From Octopus sinensis (Eukaryota): a DNA stretch of 28,751 nucleotides. Positions 10,520 through 22,092 of the stretch are shown here, in pieces (position 1 is the first letter of the stretch; each line of letters opens with the position of its first letter). The notes under the pieces were generated by a model, which worked only from the letters and a program-made list of their open reading frames with translations, did not search any database and had not been told where the DNA came from. The translations under genes were made by a program, and so were the position numbers. Where the stretch lies: NCBI RefSeq assembly GCF_006345805.1, contig NW_021827586.1:1-28751 (forward strand). The letters run 5' to 3'.

Positions 10520-11060
10520 AGAGAGCATGATGTCATAATTCCCATTTTCTCTTCCTTTATCCAGCCACACCTAGAATGCTGCTGCCCCTCTGTGATCGCC
10601 CTCTCCTACCAAACAAAACATTACAAGAATTGGGTCACCCCAGAGAGTCATCACTAAAAGAACAACAGCAAAACAATAAAAGACATGACTGATCTTAATT
10701 ATTGAGACAATCTTAAAACATTGAAGTATATTTCTCCCCAGTGCCGCTGTGAGCGCTCCACATGCCACCAGCGTTGCCCAGACGACTTTAACATTTGATT
10801 AAGAATTCATCCAAGGCTGGGGTCATGTGCCAGACAAATCAGGCCCACAACACAGAAATACACTGCAACACAATTTCTTTTCCTCAACAAGCCTTTCTCT
10901 ATTTAACAAAATTCCGAAACAAATGAAAGAGGAAAAAGATCCCATCACCTTCAAACTAAACAGAGACAAATTTCTTCAAGGAGCACCAGATAAGCCACTT
11001 ATACCGGGATACATCTCACCTGTACCTTGGTACATCAACGACTCCTTGCTCGAATGGGCC
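10520..11060 (+). mobile_element. Decayed CR1-like LINE 3' fragment
   Basis: QRVITKR..MTDLNY*DNLKTLKYISPQCRCER and SLFNKIPKQM...FKLNRDKFLQGAPDKPLIPGY resemble CR1-group C-termini. Confidence 0.65.
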
Positions 11061-11317
11061 ATGATTCCACAAAACTTGTGTTACGATCAGGCAAATTCTT
11101 AGATATAAAAGGGGTGAACTTCTGAACGCAACAACAGAATTGTAAAATCAGTGAATTAACATTCAAAGATGAAATTATGAAACAAAAAGGCAAAGTATAT
11201 GATTGATATTTAGCGATCCATTTGCAAATAAGTTAATACGCAAAGAATTTCATGTCCAGTCTTCGATTGTTCAAAGTTATGTTGTAAACGGTCCGATCCG
11301 TATGCAGCTCTCTCTCT

Positions 11318-11356
11318 AGTTCAGAATACAGCAATGCCGTTGCTGTATTCTGAACT
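11318..11356. repeat. Perfect 17-bp inverted repeat, 5-nt loop
   Basis: AGTTCAGAATACAGCAA-tgccg-TTGCTGTATTCTGAACT. Confidence 0.95.
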
Positions 11357-11699
11357 CTTCCCAGTTCGATTTTCCTTTTCTCTTTTTACAGGAAGTAAAC
11401 GAGATGACTTGCGTCGTCCATTGCTCACTCGTTATATATCTCCCATCACAAACGCTTATCTCTCCTCATTCAGAAAACATTGTAAGGTCTCTTCCTTCTT
11501 TATATTTTCTCGTTATTCGCACCGATTATAGATGAACATAACACTTGACATAAAATGACTTAGCGGATCCTGTCATGTGGTGCTATTAAGTTAGACATGG
11601 CCTGGGCCAATCTTTGGCCAAAACATATCTAAGACATCTAAGTTATATATATATATATATATGTATGTATAAGTAATGTTCATGTACGATGTCCTTCGA

Positions 11700-11785
11700 A
11701 ACGTAAATCTATGTCGTGCAGTGGGACTGAACTCAAAACCTTATGGTTGCAAAGCGAGCTTCTTAACCATACGGCTATGCAATGC
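11700..11785 (-). mobile_element. Family B SINE head fragment, reverse
   Basis: Reverse complement reads CATAGCCGTATGGTTAAGAAGCTCGCTTTGCAACCATAAGGTTTTGAGTTCAGTCCCACTGC. Confidence 0.7.
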
Positions 11786-12302
11786 TTCAACACAAAAACT
11801 GGCAGTTGCCTTACTTCTCGTTCGGGTTGTCTATAGTTTACTATTATAACACCCTGCGTCACGCTACTTTTCTCACCAACCAACTAACCAGACGACAAAC
11901 CGACCTACCGACCAGCCATCCGACCAACTACCCGACCAACTAGCTACCCGTAATCTACCCACTTACGGAAGATAAGTCACTATCATCAAACTATCGTTTG
12001 GCAACCATGCAAAGCGTTCTCCCACATGAATCAACTCGACAAGCGAAGTTTCTCTACGGGTGTCGACTGGCTAACCCCTAATACTCGCCACCACTCGCTG
12101 CCACCCGTCGGTATCCGCCTCTATTCACCACCTACCCTCTGCCATCCAACGGTACCCGCCGCTCACAGTTACTAAATACGACCTCAAAAATCACCCGCAA
12201 GCAAAGCGCCGAAGCGTGAAATGCAATTCTATTTCTTATCGTTGTCATTTTAGCGACGGCGTTCCGTCAGAAACCCACCCCCGGGTTTAGACGGGTAGAG
12301 AC

Positions 12303-12350
<48 letters not shown>

Positions 12351-12594
12351 TATTAATAATTGTGTGTATGTATGCGTGTGTGTGTGCATATATGTATGCA
12401 TATCTATGTGTGCATGTTTGCGTTCATATGTAAATGTGCACACCAAACACCCAAATATACATACATATATACACGCGTACATACATACACACGCGCGCGG
12501 GCACACACTTACACACACACACACACACACATATACACATTCATACATTCATGCATACATGCACGTGCATATGTGTATATGTATGTCCATATAG

Positions 12595-12725
12595 TAATAG
12601 TTTAAGAACCTTGCTTCCCAGCCACATGGTTCCAGGTTCAGTTCCAGTGCGTGGCACCTTAGGCAAGTATTTTCTACAAAGCCTTGTAAGTGGATTTGGT
12701 AGACGGAATTGGAAGAAACTCGTCC

Positions 12726-12793
<68 letters not shown>

Positions 12794-13043
12794 CATACAC
12801 ACACACACATACACACATATGTATATATTTCTGCTGCTGTTTGTCCCCCCAAATCGCTTGACAACCGATGTTGGTGTATTTATGTCTCCATAAATTAGCG
12901 GTTTGGCAAAAGACACCGATAAAATAAGTACTAGGCCTATAAAGAATAAGTCTTGAGGTAATTTTCTTCGATTAACACCCTTTAAGGCTGAGTTCCAGTA
13001 TGACCGCAGTCAAATGACTGAAACAAGTAAAAGAATAAAAGAA
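12595..13043 (+). mobile_element. tRNA-derived SINE, family B (head, internal microsatellite, 3' body)
   Basis: Head TTAAGAACCTTGCTTCCCAGCCACATGGTTCCAGGTTCAG, then (TA)n/(CA)n at 12727-12830, then a 3' part ending GTCAAATGACTGAAACAAGTAAAAGAATAAAAGAA. Matches the copies at 17964 and 18812. Confidence 0.85.
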
Positions 13044-13073
13044 TATCTATCTATCTATCTATCTATCTATCAA

Positions 13074-15264
13074 TCTGACTTCAGTGCCTACCTACATAGC
13101 CTACCACGACTCTCGACAAGAAAGGCAGGGTGCTGCGAAGGTGCCATCACGGCGGCGGAAGTGCAGGAAGCGATGGCAGAATGCTCGAGGGACAAATCAC
13201 CGGGTTTGGATGGTCTACCCTACGAGCTTTACAATTGTATGCCAGACTTGTTTGGAGATCTCTGGCGGCGGTGTACTGCAACTGGCAGCAAACGGGAGCA
13301 TTCCTGGTTTTGTGAGCCGAGGAGCCGTAACACTGCTGAAGAAAGATCTAAACAAGGAAATGTAATAGATAACTTTAGGCCCATCACTCTGCTTAATGCA
13401 GACTTGAAAATTTTGGCCAAGGTGCTAGCCAAGAGGTTGGCGCTTGTCATCGAGAGAAACTGGTCGACAGGGCGCAAAACATGCGCCGTGCCAGGCCGGA
13501 CCATCCATGACAACCTCCATCTGATGCGTTACATCATAGACAGGGTAGTTAACGAACCTGGCATGGGTGGGGCCCTGATCAACTTGGATCAATCGAAAGC
13601 CTTTGATAGGGTAGACCATCGATACTTGGAGGCAGTCCTGAGAGCGGCTGGTTTCGGTCACGTCTTCCGCGGCTGGATAGCTGCCTTGTACAGAGGCATC
13701 CGTTCGGTAATTCGCGTAAATGGACATCTATCGAGACCTTTCGACTTGCACGTTCGGTCCGTCAGGGATGCCCCCTCTCGGCGCTTCTATACGTATTGAC
13801 TCTTGAGCCACTACTGCGGAAGCTGGCGACTCTAAGGGGCATCCGCGCGAGAATTGGGATGCGGGACGAGCGTGTCTGCATACGCGGACGACGTCACCGT
13901 CATAGTGTCTAGCCACGAGCACATCGAGCTGGTCGGCGAGACACTGAAAAACTACGAAGCGGTGACAGGAGCGAAAATCAACCGGGAAAAGTCAGTGGGC
14001 TTGCGACTAGGCACCTGGAGAAGCAAGCCCATGCCGTCCACCAGCGCCTCCGTCGTGGGACGCTGGACCGACGGCCCGGTTGAGTTGCTCGGGGTCTGGT
14101 TTGGTCCGGACCTCCAAGTGGAGAAGAACTGGAACGAGATAACGAGTAGGGTGGTCACTCAAGCCCGGCAATGGGCCGAGAGGAAACTGTCCCTAAAAGG
14201 TCGAGCGGAGGTGGCGAACACGTACATCGCGTCCGTCATCTACTACCGCCTGACCGTCGTACCTTGTCCCGACCCTACCATCACCAAACTACAACACATC
14301 CTCTTTCGCTTCTTGTGGAAAGGATGCGTCCCGATGGTCAGGCGATCCATTTGCTGTCAACACCCGTTAAAAGGAGGGCTGGGCATGCCGTGGTTGATGA
14401 TGCGCAGACACGCGCTGAGACTGCGACATCTCTGGCTCTATGTAGACGACGGTGAACAGGTGTGGTCGCCGTTTGTGAGGCACGCTTTCCCGCAGCTCGT
14501 CTCCATGACCGAACTGCAGTCGTGGATCAAAAAGAGGGCGAGGAAGGGCGAATGGCACCGCGAGTGTCGCGTTGCTCTCAAGCAACTCTGCCGTCCTGGG
14601 TCGACCTTGAGTGACTTCAACACAACCAAAGCATTCTATAGGGGTTTAGTGGAGGGGAGGTGCGACGACGAGCTCGGGGCGAACCTGGACGTCGACGAGG
14701 AGTACTGACCCGCCTGTTCAGGACGACTTCGGGCCAGGGCCCATGGACAACTTCCAGAGATCCCTGGCCTGGCAGTGCTACCGAGAAGCGCTACCCGTTC
14801 GGGATAAGCTCTACAGACACGGCTCGAGAAACACGGGGCCGACCTGCCCGAGATGCGGTCAGAGCGACGAAACCGTTCTGCACGCACTCGTTCAGTGTCC
14901 AACAATTTCCGACCTGTGGGCTTATGTCGAACAACTGCTGTCACGTGTGGAACGAGTCGGTTTATCAGCTGAGTCTATCGTCAATATTGTCACGCCTCCT
15001 TCCTTCAAACGGGAAGGAAGAGCTATTTTCATCATCCTTGTGGCTATGGCGAAAGAATGTATCTGGTGGACGCGTCTGAAAGGATTGGAGACAAACACTT
15101 TCCTCTCTGGTCAATCTCTCATCAACTTCTTCAAGTACCACTTGAAAAGGAAAGTGAGAGTAGAGAGGCAAGTTTTGTCTAGCGAATGTTTTAAAAAAAG
15201 ATGGGTGAATGTAGCAAGAATGGCACGTATGTATGACGAAGCCACCTTGAGCATAGTCCTATGA
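13074..15264 (+). pseudogene. Frameshifted ORF2 (reverse transcriptase) of the Tx1-like LINE; endonuclease domain lost by 5' truncation
   Basis: RT motifs are spread over ORFs 13014-13799, 13084-13365, 13130-13315, 13854-14708 and 14743-15264. These join into one reading frame if a few single-base deletions are repaired. Confidence 0.9.
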
Positions 15265-15640
15265 ACCAGAAATCGAAAACAGAGAGTTGCTTATTTGCAA
15301 AAAAAAAAAAAAAAAAGAAAATATAAAATGTGACTTCATTGACCGAGGTTACCGTGGTCTTTTCCGTAGGCTTTTCTTTCCACGGGTAAACCTCACCTGT
15401 CCTCCCCTTTACACTTCATATTGACATTTCTGTGATAACGATCCCTATTGATCAATTTTTTTTTTTTTTCCTCTCCCCCTTTTTTTTAACCCCCCTTTTT
15501 TTGTCCTCTTTCTCTCCTTTACGATCCCTTTGATCGAAACTCCCCCTTCCTTTTTTTTTTTTTTTTTAAACTTCAAAAGAAAAGCTCTACCTTGTAATTT
15601 GTTCTATCTGTGTGCAGCCCTGTGTGGCTAATAAAGAAAC
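13074..15640 (+). mobile_element. 5'-truncated L1/Tx1-clade non-LTR retrotransposon (RT, C-terminal zf-RVT-like domain, 3'UTR), copy 2
   Basis: Translations show KSPGLDGLPYELY, NFRPITLLNADLKILAKVLAKRL, LINLDQSKAFDRVDH, SVRQGCPLS, YADD (13881-13892), GAKINREKS, LSLKGRAEVANTYIASVIYY and CPRC..DETVLHALVQCP. Stop at 15264, followed by a pyrimidine-rich 3'UTR ending AATAAAGAAAC. Flanked by (ATCT)n on both sides. Confidence 0.95.
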
Positions 15641-15651
15641 ATATCTATCTG

Positions 15652-15698
<47 letters not shown>

Positions 15699-15699
15699 T

Positions 15700-15738
<39 letters not shown>

Positions 15739-15762
15739 AATCTATCTATCTATCTATCTATA

Positions 15763-15793
<31 letters not shown>

Positions 15794-15809
15794 ACTATCT
15801 ATCTATCTA

Positions 15810-15847
<38 letters not shown>

Positions 15848-15851
15848 ATGT

Positions 15852-15898
<47 letters not shown>

Positions 15899-15923
15899 CT
15901 CCCTCTCTCTCTCTCTATCAATC

Positions 15924-16009
<86 letters not shown>

Positions 16010-16010
16010 C
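15641..16010. repeat. (ATCT)n, 3' flank of LINE copy 2
   Basis: Direct inspection. Confidence 0.98.
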
Positions 16011-16089
16011 ATTTACTTGAACATATACTTGTGTGTATGCATAGCCGCATACATACAAAACATACATTCATACATAAATAATAAGATAT

Positions 16090-17170
16090 TTTCATTTGTT
16101 ATTAGGTACATGACTTTGAAAGCAGTGACCAACATATTTTCTCGTCCACTCACGAATGACTGATGACATGTCGGGGATATTTTCATAAAGCCTTCTTCGA
16201 TTGGATGTTGTTTCCATGGTTTGTTGAGAATAGCACGCACCATTCGTGTGTAGATAGCATCCAGTTTGCTTTCCGTCTCTTTTGTCAGCGTCCAAAGAAA
16301 AACTGATTCTACGATGGCTCTGATGATTTCCCTTTTCATTCTTTCAGGTGGTATGGGACTTCGAAACAATTCTTCATCTTCCCACTGCAATCCATGCTTT
16401 CGCTATGTGGACTGATATCATCATTTTCGATCAATGAGATATCACGTCCGAGATAAAGGAAACGTCTGGCTTTCGTCTGGGATGTATCGTTCAACAAGTT
16501 GATCTGACCATTTCCTTTAGACACTGCGGTTCGCAACCAGTGTCCATATGACCCTTAGGGGTCCACATATCCCTTGAGGGTCCATGAAAGATTTTGTTGT
16601 TAAAATTAACCTACAATAAATTACTTATAATTCTACAATGCACAAAATATCTTAACAATTTTTTAAAATACAATTTCTCATGATATTTAATTATAAAAAT
16701 ATAATTGGATAATTTAACATTAAGCAGCTATGAAGGTCCATCGAAGTTAAATGCAAATCAAATGAGTCCATAAGTAAAAAAAAAATGGTCGAGAAAGACT
16801 GGCTTAAAGCAATCCCGGAAGCTGCATCAAGAGCTTGCAGTAGCTTTACAGCATCTGTTACCTTGTCAGCAAAGAACACAAGGTCGCCCGCATAACCAGT
16901 ATCAGTGATCCTCTTAGATATCTCCTGCTTCTAGCTTTCTGTTGAATAAAATCAATGTTACGTTGACGTATGTAACATAATCTAGTGTGATGACGACCAA
17001 GAAGGGCGCCGGTGTATCTCTCTGTAGTAACTCCCACCTGAATATAAGAACAAAGTTTGAATCGCCATCTGGGGATCGCACAATCCATTATGTATTCTTA
17101 TGCCTCATCATAATTGTCACCATTGTTTCTTGCAGTATTCCATAATTCCTCACCCTAAGAGTAAGATGTA
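16090..17170 (-). mobile_element. Decayed RTE-clade LINE (RT and downstream), interrupted by a MITE
   Basis: Minus strand gives VRSPDGDS, GVLQRDTPAPFLVVITLDYV, RSRRY..ITDTGYAGDLVFF (YADD-like), FLYLG, and RAIVESVFLWTLTK..KLDAIYTRMVRAILNKPWKQHP. Confidence 0.8.
16524..16801. mobile_element. hAT (Charlie-like) MITE nested in the RTE
   Basis: Ends CTGCGGTTCGCAACC and GGTCGAGAAAGACTG resemble the CAGTGGTTCTCAACC terminal inverted repeat. AT-rich interior with GGGTCC motifs. TSD not recognisable. Confidence 0.6.
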
Positions 17171-17179
17171 CTAACTGCG

Positions 17180-17550
17180 GAACTTGCAACTTCCTCTTAG
17201 AAGGCTCAACATACAAATTTAAGTCAGGTCAAACTTTTACCATAAAAAAATTACTTCACCTGTGCTTCGAAGAGCTTAATCTATGTTCTCAGATGTGGAG
17301 GGTGTGGTGGAGACTACATAGGTCAAACTAGCTTAACCGTGAGAGACAGACTAACGATGCACAGGCAACAAATCCGGGACCCCACGACTAGGAATATTCC
17401 GTAAGAAAACACCTAGACCAGTGCCCTTTAAACATAAACCCGAAATACTAAATCTTCCCTCTCTATCAGTGCACCGGAAACACTTCAACACAACTCCGTT
17501 TAAATAAGGAAAGCTTACTCATTAAAAAATATAAACCACAACCGAATATC
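17180..17550 (+). pseudogene. Penelope-like element GIY-YIG endonuclease remnant
   Basis: Manual translation gives FTCASKSLIYVLRCGGCGGDYIGQTSLTVRDRLTMHRQQIRDP, then after a frameshift KHLDQC...IFPLYQC...RLNKESLLIKKYKPQPN. Confidence 0.85.
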
Positions 17551-17768
17551 CCTCAGAAAGATGGAAAAAAAAACACTAAAGAGAAAAAGGGAAAAGACTC
17601 ATTTTCTTCACAAAAAAACCCACCCAGGATGCTTATGCCCACAGACAGACACTCCCATGCATAGACACTCATACACACAAACACAAAAACCACCAAAATA
17701 CACTCACACATATACATACACACACCCACAAATACATAAACACACACAGAAATATACACTCACGAATA

Positions 17769-17812
<44 letters not shown>

Positions 17813-17963
17813 CACACACATACATACATACATACATACATACATACATACATACATACATACCTACATACATACCTACATGCATGTATACATACATACA
17901 TACATACATACATACATACATACATACCTACATGCATACATACATACATACATACATACATAC

Positions 17964-18112
17964 AGGTGTGGCTGTGTGGTAAGAAGCTTGCTCCTCAACC
18001 ACACGGTTCCGGGTTCAGTCTCACTGAGTGGCAAGTGTCTTCCTCTATAGAGTCGGGCCGACCAAAGCTTTGTAAGTGAATTTGGTTGACGGAAACTGAA
18101 AGAAGCCTGTCG

Positions 18113-18152
<40 letters not shown>

Positions 18153-18475
18153 CATACGTATGTATGTATGTATGTATGTATGTATGTATGTATGTATGTA
18201 TGTATTATGTATGTATGTATGTATGTATGTATATATGTATGTATGTATGTATGTGTGTATGTATGTATGGAATTGTGTCTGTGTTTGTCCCACCCCATCA
18301 CTTGGCAACTAATGCTGGTATGTTAGCGCCCCCATAAACTTGCAGTTCTGCAAAAGAGACCGATCGAATGTACTGGGATTGCAGGGAATAAGTCCTTGGA
18401 TCGATTTGCTCGACTGAAGGCAGTGCTCCAGCATGGCCGCAGTCAAATGACTGAAACAAATAAAAGAATAAAATA
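17964..18475 (+). mobile_element. Family B SINE (in duplication unit 1)
   Basis: Head GTGTGGCTGTGTGGTAAGAAGCTTGC...GGGTTCAGTC, internal (TA)n(TATG)n, tail CAAATGACTGAAACAAATAAAAGAATAAAA. Confidence 0.85.
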
Positions 18476-18608
18476 ATATATATATATATATACGTTTATC
18501 AATTCCTTTTGCAAGATTCCTGATGGGAAATCGTGTGTTGAAACATATTGTTGCACCTCGGGAAGCTCCTTTTATTTATTATTATGTTTTTTTTCCGAAA
18601 AAACACAC

Positions 18609-18656
<48 letters not shown>

Positions 18657-18811
18657 CACACACACATACATACATACATACATACATACATAATACATAC
18701 ATACATACCTACATGCATACATACATACATACATACATACATACATAATACATACATACATACATACCTACATACATACATGCATACATACATACATACA
18801 TACATACATAC

Positions 18812-19312
18812 AGGTGTGGCTGTGTGGTAAGAAGCTTGCTCCTCAACCACACGGTTCCGGGTTCAGTCTCACTGAGTGGCAAGTGTCTTCCTCTATAGAG
18901 TCGGGCCGACCAAAGCTTTGTAAGTGAATTTGGTTGACGGAAACTGAAAGAAGCCTGTCGTATATATATATATATATATAATATATACATATATATACAT
19001 ACGTAAGTATGTATGTATGTATGTATGTATGTATGTATGTATGTATGTGTGTATGTATGTGTGTATATATGTATGTATGTATGTATGTGTGTATGTATGT
19101 ATGGAATTGTGTCTGTGTTTGTCCCACCCCATCACTTGGCAACTAATGCTGGTATGTTAGCGCCCCCATAAACTTGTAGTTCTGCAAAAGAGACCGATCG
19201 AATGTACTGGGATTGCAGGGAATAAGTCCTTGGATCGATTTGCTCGACTGAAGGCAGTGCTCCAGCATGGCCGCAGTCAAATGACTGAAACAAATAAAAG
19301 AATAAAATAATA
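18812..19312 (+). mobile_element. Family B SINE (in duplication unit 2)
   Basis: Near-identical to 17964-18475. Confidence 0.85.
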
Positions 19313-19499
19313 TATATATATATACGTTTATCAATTCCTTTTGCAAGATTCCTGATGGGAAATCGTGTGTTGAAACATATTGTTGCACCTCGGGAAGCTC
19401 CTTTTATTTATTATTATGTTTTTTTTCCGAAAAAACACACTCACTATATATATATATATATATATATTTTTTCTTCAGTCATTTATTACTGTTATTTTA

Positions 19500-19700
19500 C
19501 TATTTTTATTATTTTGACGCTTGTCCATTGTCCGGAAAGGTCAACAAAAAAAAAACCCAACAAAGTATTAATAAGACGCTCAGAGAAGGAAAGAAAAGTG
19601 GTTTTAGGTTTCGAGCAAAACTCTTCGTCAGGAGCAGGAGACGGAGGAAAGTCCAAAGGAAAAGGAAGATGGAGGGAAAAAATCGCCAACGATCCACATG
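19500..19700 (-). mobile_element. Same element type, reverse, degenerate hammerhead (19601-19636)
   Basis: Minus strand reads CTGACGA-A-GAG(TTTTG)CTC-GAAA-CCTA. Shares CGTTGGCGATTTTTT and CTGAGC with the 28311 copy. Confidence 0.55.
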
Positions 19701-19778
19701 TACCGACCAATGGACATACATCATACGCCACCGCAACACTCACACATACACTCACTCACGCACGCACGCACACACACA

Positions 19779-19832
<54 letters not shown>

Positions 19833-20159
19833 ACTCTCTCATACACGCGCACGCATGCACCCGCACGCGTAAATGAGCTGAGACCATCCAAGCTGAATTT
19901 TTCTTGTTGATAAGGCCTTGGTTAGCTTTAATAAACTTACGATCAACGACTTTCCACTCATGACCACCCTTTCGTTTTGTATATCAGGAACTATACTAGC
20001 AAACGTAACATTCTTTATTTAATGCACATTAATTCAATTTATGGAAAGTCGACCTGCTAGTTCTGGCCTTTCGAGCGACCACTTAGAGGCCCGTCCATTG
20101 TCTCGTAGCACAAAAGGAAATTATGTTAATTATGAGGTTAATTAACGAGGTAAAAAGAG

Positions 20160-20613
20160 ATGATGGTGGAGGTTGGGGCTGTGGTGGTGAGGTGATGATG
20201 GTGGTGGTAGAAGTGGCGTTAATTATGGTGGTGTTGATGGCAGCGGTGGTGGTGTTGGTGGTGCTGGTGGTAGTGGGGACCGTGGAGAGGGTTCTAATTG
20301 TAATAATGGTGGTGGTGTTGTTGGTGCTAATGGTGGTATTAATTGTTGTGGTGGTGATTATGGTAGTGGTTGTTTGGGTGGCAGTAGATAGTAGCCGTAG
20401 TGGTGGTAGTGATGGATGTGGTGGTGATGGTAGTAGTGGGGAAGGTGGTGGCGTTAGAACGGTTTTGGTGATTATAGAGTTGAGAATGCGATGATTATGA
20501 CGATGGAGAGGCGATGAGGACGATAACAGCGATGATGATGATGGTGGTGGTGGTGTTGGTGTTGGTGGTGATGATGATGATGATGATGGTGGTGTTGGTG
20601 TTGGTGTTGGTGG

Positions 20614-20663
<50 letters not shown>

Positions 20664-20767
20664 ATTGTGATGGTGGTGGTGGTGGTGGTGGTGGTGGTGA
20701 TGATGATGATATGATGATGATGATGATATGATGATGATGATGGTGGTGGTGGTGGTGGTGGTGGTGG

Positions 20768-20814
<47 letters not shown>

Positions 20815-20833
20815 AATGTGATGGTGGTGGTGG

Positions 20834-20877
<44 letters not shown>

Positions 20878-20947
20878 ATGATGGTGACGATATCGATGGC
20901 TATGGTGAGGTGAAGTTATTGAAGATGGAAGGGACGATGATGATGAC

Positions 20948-20982
<35 letters not shown>

Positions 20983-21065
20983 GGATGATGATGATGATGA
21001 TGATGATGATCGTGATGATGATGATGATTATAAAAGTGATGACGGTATTCATGATGATGATTATT
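20160..21065. repeat. ~900-bp (GGT)n/(GAT)n trinucleotide array
   Basis: Direct inspection. Confidence 0.95.
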
Positions 21066-21304
21066 ATAGCAGTCGAAGTTTATTACAGTAACAGGAACGA
21101 CTGTTATTCCAGTAATAGGGCACCGTCTGTTCCCCCACCCCACCCCACCCCACCACCAACACACCTACCCCCACCATCACCCCCACCCCCTCCATCAATA
21201 CCAATTCTACCTCCGTACTCAGCATATAATGTAATAAACGAGACATTCTTAGTTCGGGGTAGTTTCAAATAAATTGAGGGTAGTGGAGTGTGTAAATACC
21301 CTTA

Positions 21305-21885
21305 CACCCTTCTATCTCGCTCTCCGTCTGTCTGTGTGTCCCTCTCTCTATCTATTTGTTTCTCTGGATGCCTGTCTCGGTCTCTAGGTCTCACTTTCTC
21401 AGTCTCTCTCCCTCTCTCTTTCTCTCCGTCTCTCCTCTCTCTCTCTCTCTCTCTCCTCTCTCTTCTCTCCCTCTCTCTGTCTCTCCCTCTCTCTTTCTCT
21501 CCCTCTCTCCGTCTCTCCCTCTCTCTTTCTCTCCCTCTCTCCGTCTCTCCCTCTCTCTGTTTCTCCAGCTGTATGTCTGTCTCTGTCTTTGTTTATCTGC
21601 CTGTCTCTATGTTGGTGTACCTGTCTGTCTGTCTGTCTGTCTGTCTGTCACTCTCTCTCTCTCCCTCTGAGTCTGTCAGCGTGTCTGTGTCTCTCTCTTC
21701 TCTCTCTCCCTTTCTTTTTCTCTCCTCTCTGTTTCTGTCTCTCTTTGCCTATCTCTATCTCTGTCTACCTCTTCTCTCTTTCCTTTTCTGTCTCTCTCCC
21801 CCTCTCTGTCTCTATCTGTCGCTCTATCAGCCCTCTCTGTCATCTGTCTATCTCTGTTTCTTTCTCCCGCTCTCCCTCTCTCTCT
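21305..21885. repeat. (CT)-rich polypyrimidine tract
   Basis: Direct inspection. Confidence 0.95.
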
Positions 21886-21950
21886 CCATACTCGAACACA
21901 ATTTACAAGTTATATATTTCAAATAACAAGAGAAGAAACGGTTCGTCAAC

Positions 21951-22092
21951 GCCACTGTGGCTCTGTGGTTAAAACGTTCGCTTCTCAACCATCTGGTCTT
22001 GAATTCAGTCCCACTGCGCACCAACTTGGGCCCGTGGCCGGTCAAAGCTTTGGGAGTAAATTCGGTGGATGGTAACTGAACGAAGCCCGTCA
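21951..22092 (+). mobile_element. Family B SINE head followed by (TATG)n
   Basis: GTGGCTCTGTGGTTAAAACGTTCGCTTCTCAACC...TTCAGTCCCACTGCG...GAAGCCCGTC. Confidence 0.75.

Larger units (their letters stand above)
17770..19465. repeat. Tandem duplication, two units of ~840 bp (17770-18612 and 18613-19465)
   Basis: Offset is 848 at CAGGTGTGGC (17963/18811) and 832 at ACTATA (18611/19443). Non-microsatellite parts are nearly identical. Confidence 0.95.
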
